From Candidatus Heimdallarchaeota archaeon (GTDB lineage Archaea; Asgardarchaeota; Heimdallarchaeia; JABLTI01), in NCBI GenBank assembly GCA_019056785.1, contig DXJV01000059.1, positions 1 through 64,000 on the forward strand: a stretch of 64,000 nucleotides of DNA, read 5' to 3'. Made by a program: the position numbers and the translations under genes. Below the pieces are notes generated by a model that saw nothing but the letters and a program-made list of their open reading frames with translations, was not told the origin of the DNA and did not search any database. This document shows positions 46,301 to 56,220 of this stretch, in pieces. Each line of letters opens with the position of its first letter. The stretch's first letter is position 1.

Positions 46301-48608
46301 CATCCCATTGTGGATCAGTAATCGTGACTTCAGGTGCACTTTGTGAGTATTCAATTGAAATGTAATCATGAGCAACAAAGCCAAGAACATCATAGGCATA
46401 TATTTCAATATCATTGCTCCCAAGAAGTAAACTAATATAGGCACCTCGTTGACCCGCACCAGCACGAGTTTGGAAGGCACCATTGATATAAATGTCGAAA
46501 AACTCCATTGGATTGGAGTCATTAGAGATAGACCATTGGATAAGAAGACTTTCTCGGTTGGAAGTGTAACCAGAGGAGGGAGAAGTGAAGGAGACGCTGG
46601 GAGGATTACCAATACCGAGAATGATGATTTGCCCGGTATAATCACCGATGATGGCTTCCAAATCATCATCTTCATCGATATCATAACCAATAATTGAGCT
46701 CTTGGCTCCAATAGTTGCTCCGAGATCTCCTGACCATTCTTCAGTATAAACCAAATCCTTTGCGTAGGGTGTAGCATTTAAATTCGTAACTTGTAAAATT
46801 TTCACGGTACCGTTAGAACAACCAATGATTAATTCATTGTAAGTATCGTCATCAATATCAAAAACGGCTGCACCACCAGCAAAATTGGGGTTACTACCAT
46901 CATTTACATTAAATTCTAAGGGGATGGAACTGTCATTAAAAGTAAATTGGCCGAAGATCTTTACAGTATTTCTTCCAACGATTACTGTCTCGTTTTCACC
47001 GTCATTATCTACATCTGCAACAACAATTGTATGGCCGAAATAGTCAAGTGTATTGTTATGTGACTCGGCTGGAAGATCATCTTCTGGAGTATAAACAGTA
47101 CTATTAGTTGGATTGTCATAATAGCTTGTGCCATCCATTTCGATGATTTGGAGCATTGTTGGAGAAATAGAATTGGTATCATTAATCTGCGAGAAGAAAA
47201 GCAATTCATTCCAAGCATCTCCATCCATATCAGCAATTTCGAGCTCATGAATTCTAGAGACTTCTTCGCGGTTAATTTTGTAAGGAGTTAAATAACCAGC
47301 TAAAGTGAATTTGTCCGGTGGTTTTGAATAAGTTAAGACTCCTATTTGTCCTGTTTCATCACCAAAAAGGATTTGTTTGGAGCCGTCATTTTTATTCATT
47401 GCATCTCCAATTGCAATATGCCCCAACAATTTATCGCCATAGTTATCAAAAATAACACTTGATTCATCAAAATCTTTTGTTACATCATTCCAGTCATATA
47501 ATCGACCGATGCGACTATCTGAACCGACACCGTAAAGCTCATCCTTTCCATCCTCATCGAAATCATAAGCAGCTATTTCAGTGATCTGAAAGAGATCGCT
47601 GTAGTGTTCCGATTCCCACGAACCCCAAATACGTGTAAGTTTTCCATTAACATAATCAAAAATAGCTATTAACTTATCATCTCCAGAGACACGACGATTG
47701 GAAACCACAACAAGCTCTTTATCTCCATCGCCATTAATGTCGGCAAGAGTCAAGTAGGTATTATTACCAGGTCCGATGGCACCATCTTTTATATTGAAAT
47801 TATCTTCAATGATATATTCTTCAAAGAAATGCTGATCACCTAAATGAATATCACCCCATTGGCTAGGGTCATTTGCGAAGGAAGCAATATTGTCAGGGAC
47901 AACGGGCCAAGTGATGAAATCACTAAGAGTGGAGAGGTCTGAAGTAGCAATAACACTCCAACCAAGAATTTTATCGTTCACAGGAGTGGAATAAGGAATC
48001 TTAATCTCATACTGTCGATGGGCAGTAAGATTGTTAAAGGCAGAAGTTGAAAAGCCAGTATCGACAATAATCCCACTCGAGGCGAGAGCAATGCCTGGAC
48101 CTGCTTCTTCGATAAAGACCCAGTCCTGTAAAACGTAACTATAACTGTATAAGTCAACAACTTCTATTCCACTATTGTAACGATACCTTAGTCGATAATC
48201 TGCTGTGCTCAGCCAACCATTATGGTCCAAATCAAGATATACCACCATCCCAAAAGTGGAAGATGGAACCTCTACTATGAAACTCGTACAATCCAAAGCA
48301 ATATACACCGTAACATTATCATTTTGAACAAGTAGTTTTCCTTCGGAATTTCCCTTTTCATTAAATAAATTATATACCGCTGCAGAGGTCCATTCTTGAG
48401 AGCGGTCATAAAGCTTGAAATCAATATTCCCGTCTATGGTCGGAGCGGTCTCATTCCAGATGGAGAAAAGCTCTATCGGTTCTGCAACAGGAGAATGTCC
48501 TTGAATATGAAACACTTGAAATTGATTGATAGTAAGAAAAGTAGTAATAAAGAATAGTGCAACACAAATTGCCAATTTTGATTCTCTTCTAATTTTAAAA
48601 TTATACAT
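43317..48608 (-). CDS. Giant single-pass surface protein: signal peptide, sugar-binding-like domain, 7x FG-GAP-like propeller, about 9 Ig-like repeats, TM, cytoplasmic longin domain, Q/Y/D-rich tail
   Basis: APTIDG N-domain. Seven DxDxDG-type loops. Repeats P.xxI(T)SP...W...D..G(N). TM IVLPVGGGLIIAIIFSTILVVA then KKKR. Longin pattern YVTKNG...QLFGGALTGIVGILREI...LEFGEKRLIV. Confidence 0.8.
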   Translation of the reverse strand: MYNFKIRRESKLAICVALFFITTFLTINQFQVFHIQGHSPVAEPIELFSIWNETAPTIDGNIDFKLYDRSQEWTSAAVYNLFNEKGNSEGKLLVQNDNVTVYIALDCTSFIVEVPSSTFGMVVYLDLDHNGWLSTADYRLRYRYNSGIEVVDLYSYSYVLQDWVFIEEAGPGIALASSGIIVDTGFSTSAFNNLTAHRQYEIKIPYSTPVNDKILGWSVIATSDLSTLSDFITWPVVPDNIASFANDPSQWGDIHLGDQHFFEEYIIEDNFNIKDGAIGPGNNTYLTLADINGDGDKELVVVSNRRVSGDDKLIAIFDYVNGKLTRIWGSWESEHYSDLFQITEIAAYDFDEDGKDELYGVGSDSRIGRLYDWNDVTKDFDESSVIFDNYGDKLLGHIAIGDAMNKNDGSKQILFGDETGQIGVLTYSKPPDKFTLAGYLTPYKINREEVSRIHELEIADMDGDAWNELLFFSQINDTNSISPTMLQIIEMDGTSYYDNPTNSTVYTPEDDLPAESHNNTLDYFGHTIVVADVDNDGENETVIVGRNTVKIFGQFTFNDSSIPLEFNVNDGSNPNFAGGAAVFDIDDDTYNELIIGCSNGTVKILQVTNLNATPYAKDLVYTEEWSGDLGATIGAKSSIIGYDIDEDDDLEAIIGDYTGQIIILGIGNPPSVSFTSPSSGYTSNRESLLIQWSISNDSNPMEFFDIYINGAFQTRAGAGQRGAYISLLLGSNDIEIYAYDVLGFVAHDYISIEYSQSAPEVTITDPQWDDIVDSDLIQVSYDYYDPEGDDVLFDAYVNGSLQKSDESATSLWLTLDAGEGIYNVTIIGKDTSNNKGKDTVFIIYDNSPPYLEITSPIDNSAVKSSSINLEWDGYDEWSWVEFYQIYLDGKSIDVTDSHSTVVDLPFDKQYQIQVVASDAVGHNKSRSITITRDTVTPTVALEPLTLPQEDNWYYTDNLSLFVEWIGVDNSGGSGIDYFELEINDIFYSFYDNTIFNDTITLSEGFNEILIMAWDKAGNYALDYYTIALDTFAPSLEITSPEDGFLTSSEVVTVFWDANDNGTGIKEYAVFLNGLQIDTLTDPSSSFYEFTIPANASSTITIRVIDYIGHFTEQTISVQHNTLAPSFNIIDPIEFSSYSYSTTVNFTWNVKNIFVDQFYVFVNGTLYGAYSNTTLSTIVDFGAINPSDFPVFNVTIAVLIGSSFQFVDMRFVWIDQLAPSVAILTPNNLELILEDNLYVEWSAFDSGSGIAGYNVWINTTFMGTFNDLTTAQFFDVSSFADGHHNITVEAFDAAHNTKKATITVELYPQAPEFFVNIPQSYVTNNPNFIINLTVFDTRLGVKEVQVIADGQVVVYYKSYVGNILDQPFWLEVNVTEDNFVAPGEHHNLTITVYDTADRGRTLVIEVIIDKVDPSIFGSIIFGDRVLSNYKNEFELSTNTSANMINISLSAQDNYGVASISLVIAGNGINETIQMTLVQGLNGIYIFTTSLNLSTLGEGNFTLSFIITDSAGNSLQTTTYPLELKMASGNNGGSASPLFQWLKENLYTIVLPVGGGLIIAIIFSTILVVATKKKRINKGWQKSLEAVAYVTKNGLTLTYVPYSKDLFEDEQLFGGALTGIVGILREITGETDLEQQTQVLEFGEKRLIVAIGYFGNAILLVNDVKPILKELVLRFLDEFEVTFKHQLTSELIDLNEFSAAPLLVESIFGFRKEFYQQPPIDHYYQEVDFSYPDQYSQDQQYSQEGEQQQQDYSQYYSDDQNYYDQ

Positions 48609-48770
48609 GGCTGTTTATCACCCTATATCTAGTTATTAACTTGATTGCTCCTAAACTCGACTTACAAATGGACTGAAATCTGTAAGATAGATTTTGTCGG
48701 GTTCAGTTAATAGCTGTTCCAACAAACCATAAAAAAGTTTACATTAAGGAAACCTGCATTAACTTTAAAG

Positions 48771-51700
48771 TCATTTAAAAGACAATTGCGAAATTGCTTT
48801 GCGAATTTTTTCGGCAGTATCTCTTGGTTCGTCCAAGACAAAGGCAAATTCCATTATTTTTTCAGTGAATGGTTCAAGATGGACAAGAGAGTTCAACCAG
48901 ACAATTAGCATTATACCTAAATCTACAATTGTGACTGTGCCGGTTGTTTTCTCTGAAACAAAGAAAGCGATGGATTGTTCATCTTTAAAGATGCGACTCA
49001 AAGCTTTCCCAAAGGGATTAAACGCTGTAAATTGTTGTTTCACTGCATTATGAAACCAGAGTTCTTTTTCTGCTTGAACTTCGACTTTTGTTCCTTCAAT
49101 TGTTCCTTGAAGGCCCACGTCACAAATAAACGTTCCAACAAAAGGCACTACTCTCGGTGTGGGGTTTTCAACTTTAAGTCGAATGAGTACTATTTTACTA
49201 TTTGGAAAAGTAAGATACTCAATTTCACACTTTAACCCTGTGAGAAACTCCTTGTCATTTTGTATGGTAAAGATTGATTTTGTTCCTTTCCAAACGCCTT
49301 TTTCACATTTAACTGTTCTAACTTTTTCTGGCTCAGTGAAAATCTCTTCTGAAGCGGGATGGAACATTTGGGGTTGAATCCCACCAAGATAATGTTCTAG
49401 GAAATACTTGGCTTTGATTTCCGGGAAACTATCGATAAGGTATTCTCGGCCTTGGTTGTCAGTGAGTCGGATAAGGTTCCCACCTTCTTCAGCGACAACA
49501 TCGAATGTTAGAAGACCATTTTGAACCTTGAACAATTCTTTCTTCTGATCAACAACTTGCGAAACTGACACTTCGCCTTGGGAGGCTACTAACACAAAAT
49601 TATCAAAAGAAATTTCGAATTCTCCTTTGTAAAGGACTTGAAGATTTTCAACAATATTAGAGTAGTTGGCAGGAATAATAACTTCAATTGGCAAAGTGAC
49701 TTTTTTAAGGAATCCCCCCTTGGGCACAGAGATCGTTCTTTTCAACCCGCTATTTGTATCAAACATTGCTTGCCAACCGGAAGGGGCAACTAAGGACAAT
49801 TCACCTTGAAATGGATAATTCGTTGCAAAATGAACCTCGAGAGATAATTTGTTTGTTTTACCTGCAAATAAAACTTGACTCTTTGCTAATGTAATGTCAA
49901 AGTCTTTAATGATTTCTGGGCCCATTAGCATTTCTTCGAATGGAAAGCTTGCCTTCCCAATAAGTTGGCTCCATCGTTGTCGAACCTGTTGAAGGTTAGT
50001 AAATCCAAAAGAATACCAAAGTTCAATGGGTTGATAACTTTTACCAGGAGAAATTTCTACAGCTTTACTTTCAAGGTTGTTTAGCATTCCTTTGCGTAGA
50101 TTTACTTTTTCAATGGTACTGGGATCCCAAATCCAGGCTGTAAGCTCGTTAGAGGCCAGCATTTTACTTGCGGACCAGCTTTCATGCCAGAGTGTTGCAT
50201 CTGTTGGAATCATCGGTGTTGTAAGGAAATTCGTAAATGTCTCAGTTTCAATTATTTTGCCTTCTAAAGGCGCATATCCTTTCGCCTTCATCAAATACGG
50301 ATTCATGCTAATACCATGATGGAACGCGCCTGTTTTTGCTGAGGTAAGAATTGTCTTTTGGGCATTTAGATTCGTATATTTGGTCCAAAAATGAACTTCT
50401 TCCAATCCTGCTTTTAATTCCAGAAACTTCTCAATAAGCAATCCTTCTATCTGCCGGCTTTTTGCAGTTAACTTTAGTAAAAGACCATCTCTTTTTCTCC
50501 TAAGATGGTAGTCAAATTTTAGAGTTGTGTCACGTGATAAACCATAGGGCGGCCCGGCTTGTAGCCTAAGTTGTGAAAAGCCATTCTTCTCTCCATGATA
50601 TATTTTCATGTTCCCCCCTTCAAGTGAAACCTCAACAGCTAACTTGTCAGTGAGGAGATAGAGCCGTTCTGTTTCTTGTATTGTAGCGTATTCAGCAAGA
50701 CCTGCAACACGAGCGAAAATTGGCAGTTCAAAAACAGGCAGTTCGATTGTTGTATCCTCATACTGTAGAAAAGGTATCATTGCAATTTTGTTCACATTAT
50801 GAGGGTTGGTTGCAGGAAAAGCGTAAGGAAAGGAAATGCCAGAAACATCGTTTGGTTTTAGCTCTACTGTGATTTTTCTTTCTTGGTTGCTACTTTTTTG
50901 CTCTTTGATTTGCACAAAACCTTGGATGGGTAAATCAGTGGTGTTTAGAATATCCAAAGAAATGGTGCTTTCTCTACCCTTAGGTATAACAACGAATTGT
51001 TCTTCCTCAAAAGTTCGAAGTTTGATTGGCGATTGTATCTTACCACTGGTAACAAACTCGAGGGAATACCCTCCAAAAGAAATGTTTGTAGTAATGCTCT
51101 TACAAGCTTGTTCTGCTCCTTTGTAAAGATTTGCATTTTTGTCAAGAGTGAATTTACAACTAACAATTTTTTGCTCGTCTTTTTTCACTCGAACTTTTTT
51201 TGGCAACGTGCCTTGCCAATGCAATCCAGGGAACTTTTGAACAAATAAAGAGCATTCAAAATCTTCTGCTAAACCATTTTGAAACTCGATTTTAAATTCA
51301 TTAGGAATGCCAATAAAGAGATTGTGATTTTTTAAGCGTGTTTTAATTTTTATTGATTGTTCACCTAATTTACTAAAGATGCCTGAAATTCCCCACCCAA
51401 ACCGATCTATTTCCACTTCTAAAAGGTCTGACTCTTCTTTAAATCGGTAAATGAAAAGTTCCATATTATCAATAACCATCTTGTCAGGTTCTTGATTCAA
51501 TTCTCGGTCGAAATTTGCATACCAATCCGGATGTTTAGAGAACCATTCTTTAGCAATGGGGTTTTGTTTTATACCAGGAATATAATCTTGCATATAGACA
51601 GCTGTTTCAGGGACCCAAAAAAGACCAACTTTTTTATAAAGAGGAACAGCATCCAAATTCCCAGACCAAGTATGTAAATCAACTCGTGTTATTCCTTTTT

Positions 51701-52040
51701 CTTCCGCAATCTCGAGTGCTTTAAGAAGAAGCCTCTTCCCAAACCTCTGTCCTTTGACTTTTGGAATTACCCCTAAAATAGAAATATAAGCTGCTTTCTC
51801 ATCACGCCAATGAGGATACAAACCACAATAGCCACAGAGCTCACCATCCTCATCAACTGCGAGAAGATCAGCTATTGCAGAGGTTTTATCCAACCAATCA
51901 TGTACTCTTTCTGCAGTGTAAGGAACTCCACCGCCAAATCCCCCAGGCCATAATTTGTTGAATTCATTAAACATTACTGCAGCTTTTTCAGCAAGAGAAG
52001 GGTCATAAAGAATAATTTTTCCTTTTTGTTGTGAGGTCAT
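48771..52040 (-). CDS. Large GNAT family N-acetyltransferase with a long beta-rich C-terminal region
   Basis: LGVIPKVKGQRFGKRLL, DLHTWSGN..AVPLYKKVG, followed by about 900 aa of beta-rich sequence. Confidence 0.8.
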   Translation of the reverse strand: MTSQQKGKIILYDPSLAEKAAVMFNEFNKLWPGGFGGGVPYTAERVHDWLDKTSAIADLLAVDEDGELCGYCGLYPHWRDEKAAYISILGVIPKVKGQRFGKRLLLKALEIAEEKGITRVDLHTWSGNLDAVPLYKKVGLFWVPETAVYMQDYIPGIKQNPIAKEWFSKHPDWYANFDRELNQEPDKMVIDNMELFIYRFKEESDLLEVEIDRFGWGISGIFSKLGEQSIKIKTRLKNHNLFIGIPNEFKIEFQNGLAEDFECSLFVQKFPGLHWQGTLPKKVRVKKDEQKIVSCKFTLDKNANLYKGAEQACKSITTNISFGGYSLEFVTSGKIQSPIKLRTFEEEQFVVIPKGRESTISLDILNTTDLPIQGFVQIKEQKSSNQERKITVELKPNDVSGISFPYAFPATNPHNVNKIAMIPFLQYEDTTIELPVFELPIFARVAGLAEYATIQETERLYLLTDKLAVEVSLEGGNMKIYHGEKNGFSQLRLQAGPPYGLSRDTTLKFDYHLRRKRDGLLLKLTAKSRQIEGLLIEKFLELKAGLEEVHFWTKYTNLNAQKTILTSAKTGAFHHGISMNPYLMKAKGYAPLEGKIIETETFTNFLTTPMIPTDATLWHESWSASKMLASNELTAWIWDPSTIEKVNLRKGMLNNLESKAVEISPGKSYQPIELWYSFGFTNLQQVRQRWSQLIGKASFPFEEMLMGPEIIKDFDITLAKSQVLFAGKTNKLSLEVHFATNYPFQGELSLVAPSGWQAMFDTNSGLKRTISVPKGGFLKKVTLPIEVIIPANYSNIVENLQVLYKGEFEISFDNFVLVASQGEVSVSQVVDQKKELFKVQNGLLTFDVVAEEGGNLIRLTDNQGREYLIDSFPEIKAKYFLEHYLGGIQPQMFHPASEEIFTEPEKVRTVKCEKGVWKGTKSIFTIQNDKEFLTGLKCEIEYLTFPNSKIVLIRLKVENPTPRVVPFVGTFICDVGLQGTIEGTKVEVQAEKELWFHNAVKQQFTAFNPFGKALSRIFKDEQSIAFFVSEKTTGTVTIVDLGIMLIVWLNSLVHLEPFTEKIMEFAFVLDEPRDTAEKIRKAISQLSFK

Positions 52041-52204
52041 AAAACGAGCACCTGCTTGTCAAATTCTTATCTTTCTTTCATTTGTTTATTAACTTAAATG
52101 TTCTTTTTTTGTAGCTACCAGTAAGGTCATTTGAAAGTTAATAAATGCACGATAGCTGGTCACATGTTAAATATTTATTGACCACAACTGACCATTTTGG
52201 GCTT

Positions 52205-55015
52205 TCATGTAATTTTTAATAATTTTAATTCAAACGGCTTAAATTTCAAGTTAAAATTACCGTTTGTGATTGTTAGTGTTTTTTTACAAACACCTTCAAT
52301 GGTTTTTTCCTCACACTTTTGGAATTTTGCAACTGTTGTAATTGGTAGTTCTACAGGGTTTTGATCAATATTATAAAGCAAAACAGTCAGTGCATTGTCA
52401 CGAATGCGCAGTGAGGAAATCTTGATCATTGATTCCTTAAAACTAATGAGGGGTTTCTGGAGCTTACTAACAAGTGTATTGTTAACAAAAGGATAGCTAA
52501 CCGGTGGAAGGGCGAAACTTTCTGCAGCATTTACTGTTTCATTTATAGGCATCTCTTTTGCATGAATTAACAAGCTATATTCGAATGTGTATTCTTTGTG
52601 AAGCTCTTGTGCTCCGGGCGTTTCTAGAAATGGTCCTGCATGCATCGGTCTCTCTGGGAAGTCTTGTCTCGAGAGAAAACCAACGGCTCGAATTAACGTT
52701 AGCGCCAATTTTTGTTTGTGTACTAATTCAACTTCTGGGAGCCCTTTATTAAATAATGAGAAAGCTGCTTGAGTTTTGGGGTCTTCAATTCGAATAAATC
52801 TTTTTTGCGGTTGGATTCCTGATGGCTGTTCCGCAAATTCCTCGAGTGAAACGGGTTCTCCTTGCCTTTCAATGAAACCAAAATGAGTGGAAGTTTTTGT
52901 GGTTGGGCTTTCAAAAGGCAATGGGAAACAAATGCGAAGACGATGGTCCTTTGCAGTATTTGTTAGTGTTATAGTAATGTCGATTCGTGGGAGGTCCCGA
53001 TAAAAACGAAAAGTGGTAGAAACAGGAATAATCGCCTTACCAGAACGTTTTGTTCTGTCCTCACTTAATTCAGCATAAACTTTGAGAAGCATTGTTTGTT
53101 CAATTTCTGCGAAAAGCGGTCCGACAGTTTTTAGTTTACGATGAACTTTTACCGCTCGTGCCTTGTCAGGTTTTACAGCGCTAAAAGTGTACTCATCCCC
53201 CCGGTCGCCAAGATCCTCGAAGGCATGTTGATTTGTGAAAAGAACGTTTCTTTGCTTGTCAAAAAGTGAAAATGTTCCATTGCGATTGAATTTTACCCAG
53301 TAGAATTTATTCGAAATGCTATTTTTTGTAACGGTTAATTTTTCCTTGAGGGTTTTCTTGGTTGGTTGATCGCTTAAAAGTAATTTTTCATAACTCCAAG
53401 GTCGTAATGGTACGAGAGCAAGATAAGAGCGTTGAGAACCCAGGGTTGCTTTTACATGAAATTTTTTATATTTGCCAGAGTCAACAAGGGCGAGCACTTT
53501 CTCCTTTAGTTTTTGCGTGTTAAGTTCTCCGATCAGCTTTTTACCAAGAATCATGGTAATATGGTAAAGAGTGGGATCAGCAACATCTTCTGCAAAGAAC
53601 ACTTCATTAAGGTAAACATCCATCAACTTTCTCCCAGGGAGCATTTTTATCCCGGTTTTGATGAAAAAGGGTTTGAAATTATTTTCAAACAGAATCTCTT
53701 CTGATGAGCTAATTGGCTGAACGGGAAATTCCTCGCCATTGGTTGTGAAGACTTTTTTCACGTTCATTTTTACAGGGGCTTTAAATCGAATCAAGCTGGG
53801 AGATGTGCCATTGTTTGAAGGGTTATAAGTTAGAAGGGAAGTACTGTTTTCAGTGGCTTTCTTCTGCAATTTTTCTTCCAATGACTCAAAAAGGCCTGAA
53901 CAAATACTTTCAGCCCACGAAAAGCGACTAATCATTTCATTATGTGTTTGGTCAACACTACAACCACATATGGAGTCATGGGGCTGATTTTTCAAAAACC
54001 AATTCCAAGCAAGTTCAATGAGGTTCTTTGGATAGTCGAGTATTTCAGCTAGCTTGAGAATTGTAAATTGTGGCTCGAGATAGTGGACCAGCAAATCTTC
54101 TATCTTGGCATTCCAAAGTTTAATCCACATCCGAGTAGAATAAGTATCTTGTAAAAGTGGTGCGCGAGCAGAAGAACGAAATTCGCCGGCATAAATATCC
54201 AATTGGACTTGTTCTTCAGTAATCCTTTCGTCCAGTTTTCGTATATACTCTTCCAAAAGCGACAGGTGTATCTTCATTCCTTTAATTTTCACTTTAGGAA
54301 GATTGGTGATAAGTGATTTGTTTGGAAATTGATGGTCAGTGCCATTCATTAGCAAAAAGAGGGGGAGAGGGGAGAAAGGTTCGAGATCTCGAACAATGCC
54401 GGAAATATCATTAGGAAGGACCGAAAGCTCACTTGAAAGATAGGCTGCATTTCCATAGCTAAAAGGGAGGTAATTCACTTTAATTATCGTTTCGGCTTTC
54501 GGGTGGCATTTCCAGAAGAAAGGCACTTTGGTAATCTCATTGCCAACGCCACGCCAGATAACAGCCCACCGAAGGGTAGTTAAATCACCTAAAAGTTGTG
54601 GTATTGCTCGAGTGTGTCCGAATTGATCAGGCAAATAACCAACATTCATTAGAGGGATCTGATACTTTTGACTAAGAGTAAGAGCGAATTCTAAATTTCT
54701 CACAAAACTCTCCTGACCAATTAACCATTCGTCAGGGAGAAGATACCAGGGGCCGACAGCAACCTTTCCGGCACGAATAACCTCAAGAAACTGTTCCTTG
54801 TGTTCTGGCTTCACTTCGAAAAAGTCTTCAAGTATGATTGTTTGTCCATCAAAAGTAAATGAGTAATCATTCTCTTCTAAAATCTCTAACAAGTCTTCAA
54901 TAAGCTCTACGAGTTTTAAACGAAACTCTTGAAACGGTTTATACCATTCACGATCCCAGTGGGTAGAAGGAACAATAAAGACTTCTTTCATAGCATTGGC
55001 TTTTTTTCCGGTCAA
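52205..55015 (-). CDS. GH38 alpha-mannosidase
   Basis: THWDREWY, FDGQ, GPWYLLPDE, YLPDQFGH, NGTDH, HDSICGCS, DHRLR, LTLIRAVG. Confidence 0.93.
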   Translation of the reverse strand: MTGKKANAMKEVFIVPSTHWDREWYKPFQEFRLKLVELIEDLLEILEENDYSFTFDGQTIILEDFFEVKPEHKEQFLEVIRAGKVAVGPWYLLPDEWLIGQESFVRNLEFALTLSQKYQIPLMNVGYLPDQFGHTRAIPQLLGDLTTLRWAVIWRGVGNEITKVPFFWKCHPKAETIIKVNYLPFSYGNAAYLSSELSVLPNDISGIVRDLEPFSPLPLFLLMNGTDHQFPNKSLITNLPKVKIKGMKIHLSLLEEYIRKLDERITEEQVQLDIYAGEFRSSARAPLLQDTYSTRMWIKLWNAKIEDLLVHYLEPQFTILKLAEILDYPKNLIELAWNWFLKNQPHDSICGCSVDQTHNEMISRFSWAESICSGLFESLEEKLQKKATENSTSLLTYNPSNNGTSPSLIRFKAPVKMNVKKVFTTNGEEFPVQPISSSEEILFENNFKPFFIKTGIKMLPGRKLMDVYLNEVFFAEDVADPTLYHITMILGKKLIGELNTQKLKEKVLALVDSGKYKKFHVKATLGSQRSYLALVPLRPWSYEKLLLSDQPTKKTLKEKLTVTKNSISNKFYWVKFNRNGTFSLFDKQRNVLFTNQHAFEDLGDRGDEYTFSAVKPDKARAVKVHRKLKTVGPLFAEIEQTMLLKVYAELSEDRTKRSGKAIIPVSTTFRFYRDLPRIDITITLTNTAKDHRLRICFPLPFESPTTKTSTHFGFIERQGEPVSLEEFAEQPSGIQPQKRFIRIEDPKTQAAFSLFNKGLPEVELVHKQKLALTLIRAVGFLSRQDFPERPMHAGPFLETPGAQELHKEYTFEYSLLIHAKEMPINETVNAAESFALPPVSYPFVNNTLVSKLQKPLISFKESMIKISSLRIRDNALTVLLYNIDQNPVELPITTVAKFQKCEEKTIEGVCKKTLTITNGNFNLKFKPFELKLLKIT

Positions 55016-55098
55016 TTTTTCCTACCTTGGTGTGTGTAAAATATGCTGCTATTTGTCTTAAATGTTCTTGTAGAAAAAAGAATTTGTGGCTATAGAAG

Positions 55099-56220
55099 TT
55101 ATTCAAATCTATTGCCACAATAGGGGCAAAATTTGATTGTCTCGGAGAGCGATATACCGCAGTAAGGACAGATTGGTGTTTCAGTAGATATTATTGAACT
55201 TTCATTTGTTTGTTCCTTTTCTTTCGCTTCTTTTTCATCCTCAAGGTTGCTCAATTCGTTTTCAGAGTGTGATGGACCTGAAGTTATGTCTGTTGATGGA
55301 GAAGAGAGCGCTTTATTTGCTGTTGCTAATAACTTTGCTCGTCTCAAGAATTCATGTAATTGCAAATTTGTAGGTTCAAACATTACTGCTTTGCTTAAAT
55401 AGGCACATGCCTTATTATATTCCTTGAGATAGAAGTAACACAATCCTGCCCCTGTAAGAGCAGAAGAAATATTAGGGTTAAATGAAAGTACTTGTCGCCA
55501 AAGATTCAATGCCCCTCTAAAGTTTCCTCTATCCATTTCAATAACAGCCTGGTTCATTAAGAATGTTATTGATGCATTATTAGAATAAATTGTCTGGAAA
55601 CCGCCATAGCTTTGTTGCCCCATCATCGGATAAGCAGGCGCGGCCTTTTGTTTCCTAGAGTGGCGAACTGCAAAGATGACTATTCCGGAGATGAGAGCTA
55701 TGCCAACAATAGGAAGCCCAATTGCCAATCCCCAAGGAAAGTCGTCGCTACTGCCACCGCCTGAGGAAGGTGCGCCCATTTCAACAATAGACGCAGTGAA
55801 AGAAATCGTTGTGGTTTTGTAGCCTATATTCCAAAAGGTAATGGCCCAAACATCTGTATGGGGAAAACGAACGGTGCTGTAGTGCGATGATGCCGTACAA
55901 AGAACATGTTCCTCACAAGGGAGATTATTCTGCCAAGCATCAACCTCATCGCTTGGAATGAGAGTAACCTGTACGGTACAGCCAGGGTTGGTACTGAAAG
56001 AATACGAAATGCCGTACGATGAGCTAAAAGAACTTGTAGTTTCTAAAATAAGGAATTGCTCATGTTCTAAGACCTCACTGTCTAAAATTTCCATTAAGAT
56101 TACAGGAGAAGCAGCTGCTTTTGCCTTTGTTTGTTTAATGTTTGAAACCAAAAAAACAAATCCCCAAGTAAGAAAAATACAAAGAACTATCACTCTTATT
56201 TCATGTAAATATTTTCTCAT
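55099..56220 (-). CDS. Single-pass membrane protein: signal, beta-sandwich ectodomain, TM, cytoplasmic TPR and zinc ribbon
   Basis: Hydrophobic N-terminus, GS linker, TM WGLAIGLPIVGIALISGIVIFAV. TPR (GNFRGALNLWRQVLSFNP; EYNKACAYLSKAVMFEP). CPYCG..CPYCG. Confidence 0.75.
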   Translation of the reverse strand: MRKYLHEIRVIVLCIFLTWGFVFLVSNIKQTKAKAAASPVILMEILDSEVLEHEQFLILETTSSFSSSYGISYSFSTNPGCTVQVTLIPSDEVDAWQNNLPCEEHVLCTASSHYSTVRFPHTDVWAITFWNIGYKTTTISFTASIVEMGAPSSGGGSSDDFPWGLAIGLPIVGIALISGIVIFAVRHSRKQKAAPAYPMMGQQSYGGFQTIYSNNASITFLMNQAVIEMDRGNFRGALNLWRQVLSFNPNISSALTGAGLCYFYLKEYNKACAYLSKAVMFEPTNLQLHEFLRRAKLLATANKALSSPSTDITSGPSHSENELSNLEDEKEAKEKEQTNESSIISTETPICPYCGISLSETIKFCPYCGNRFE

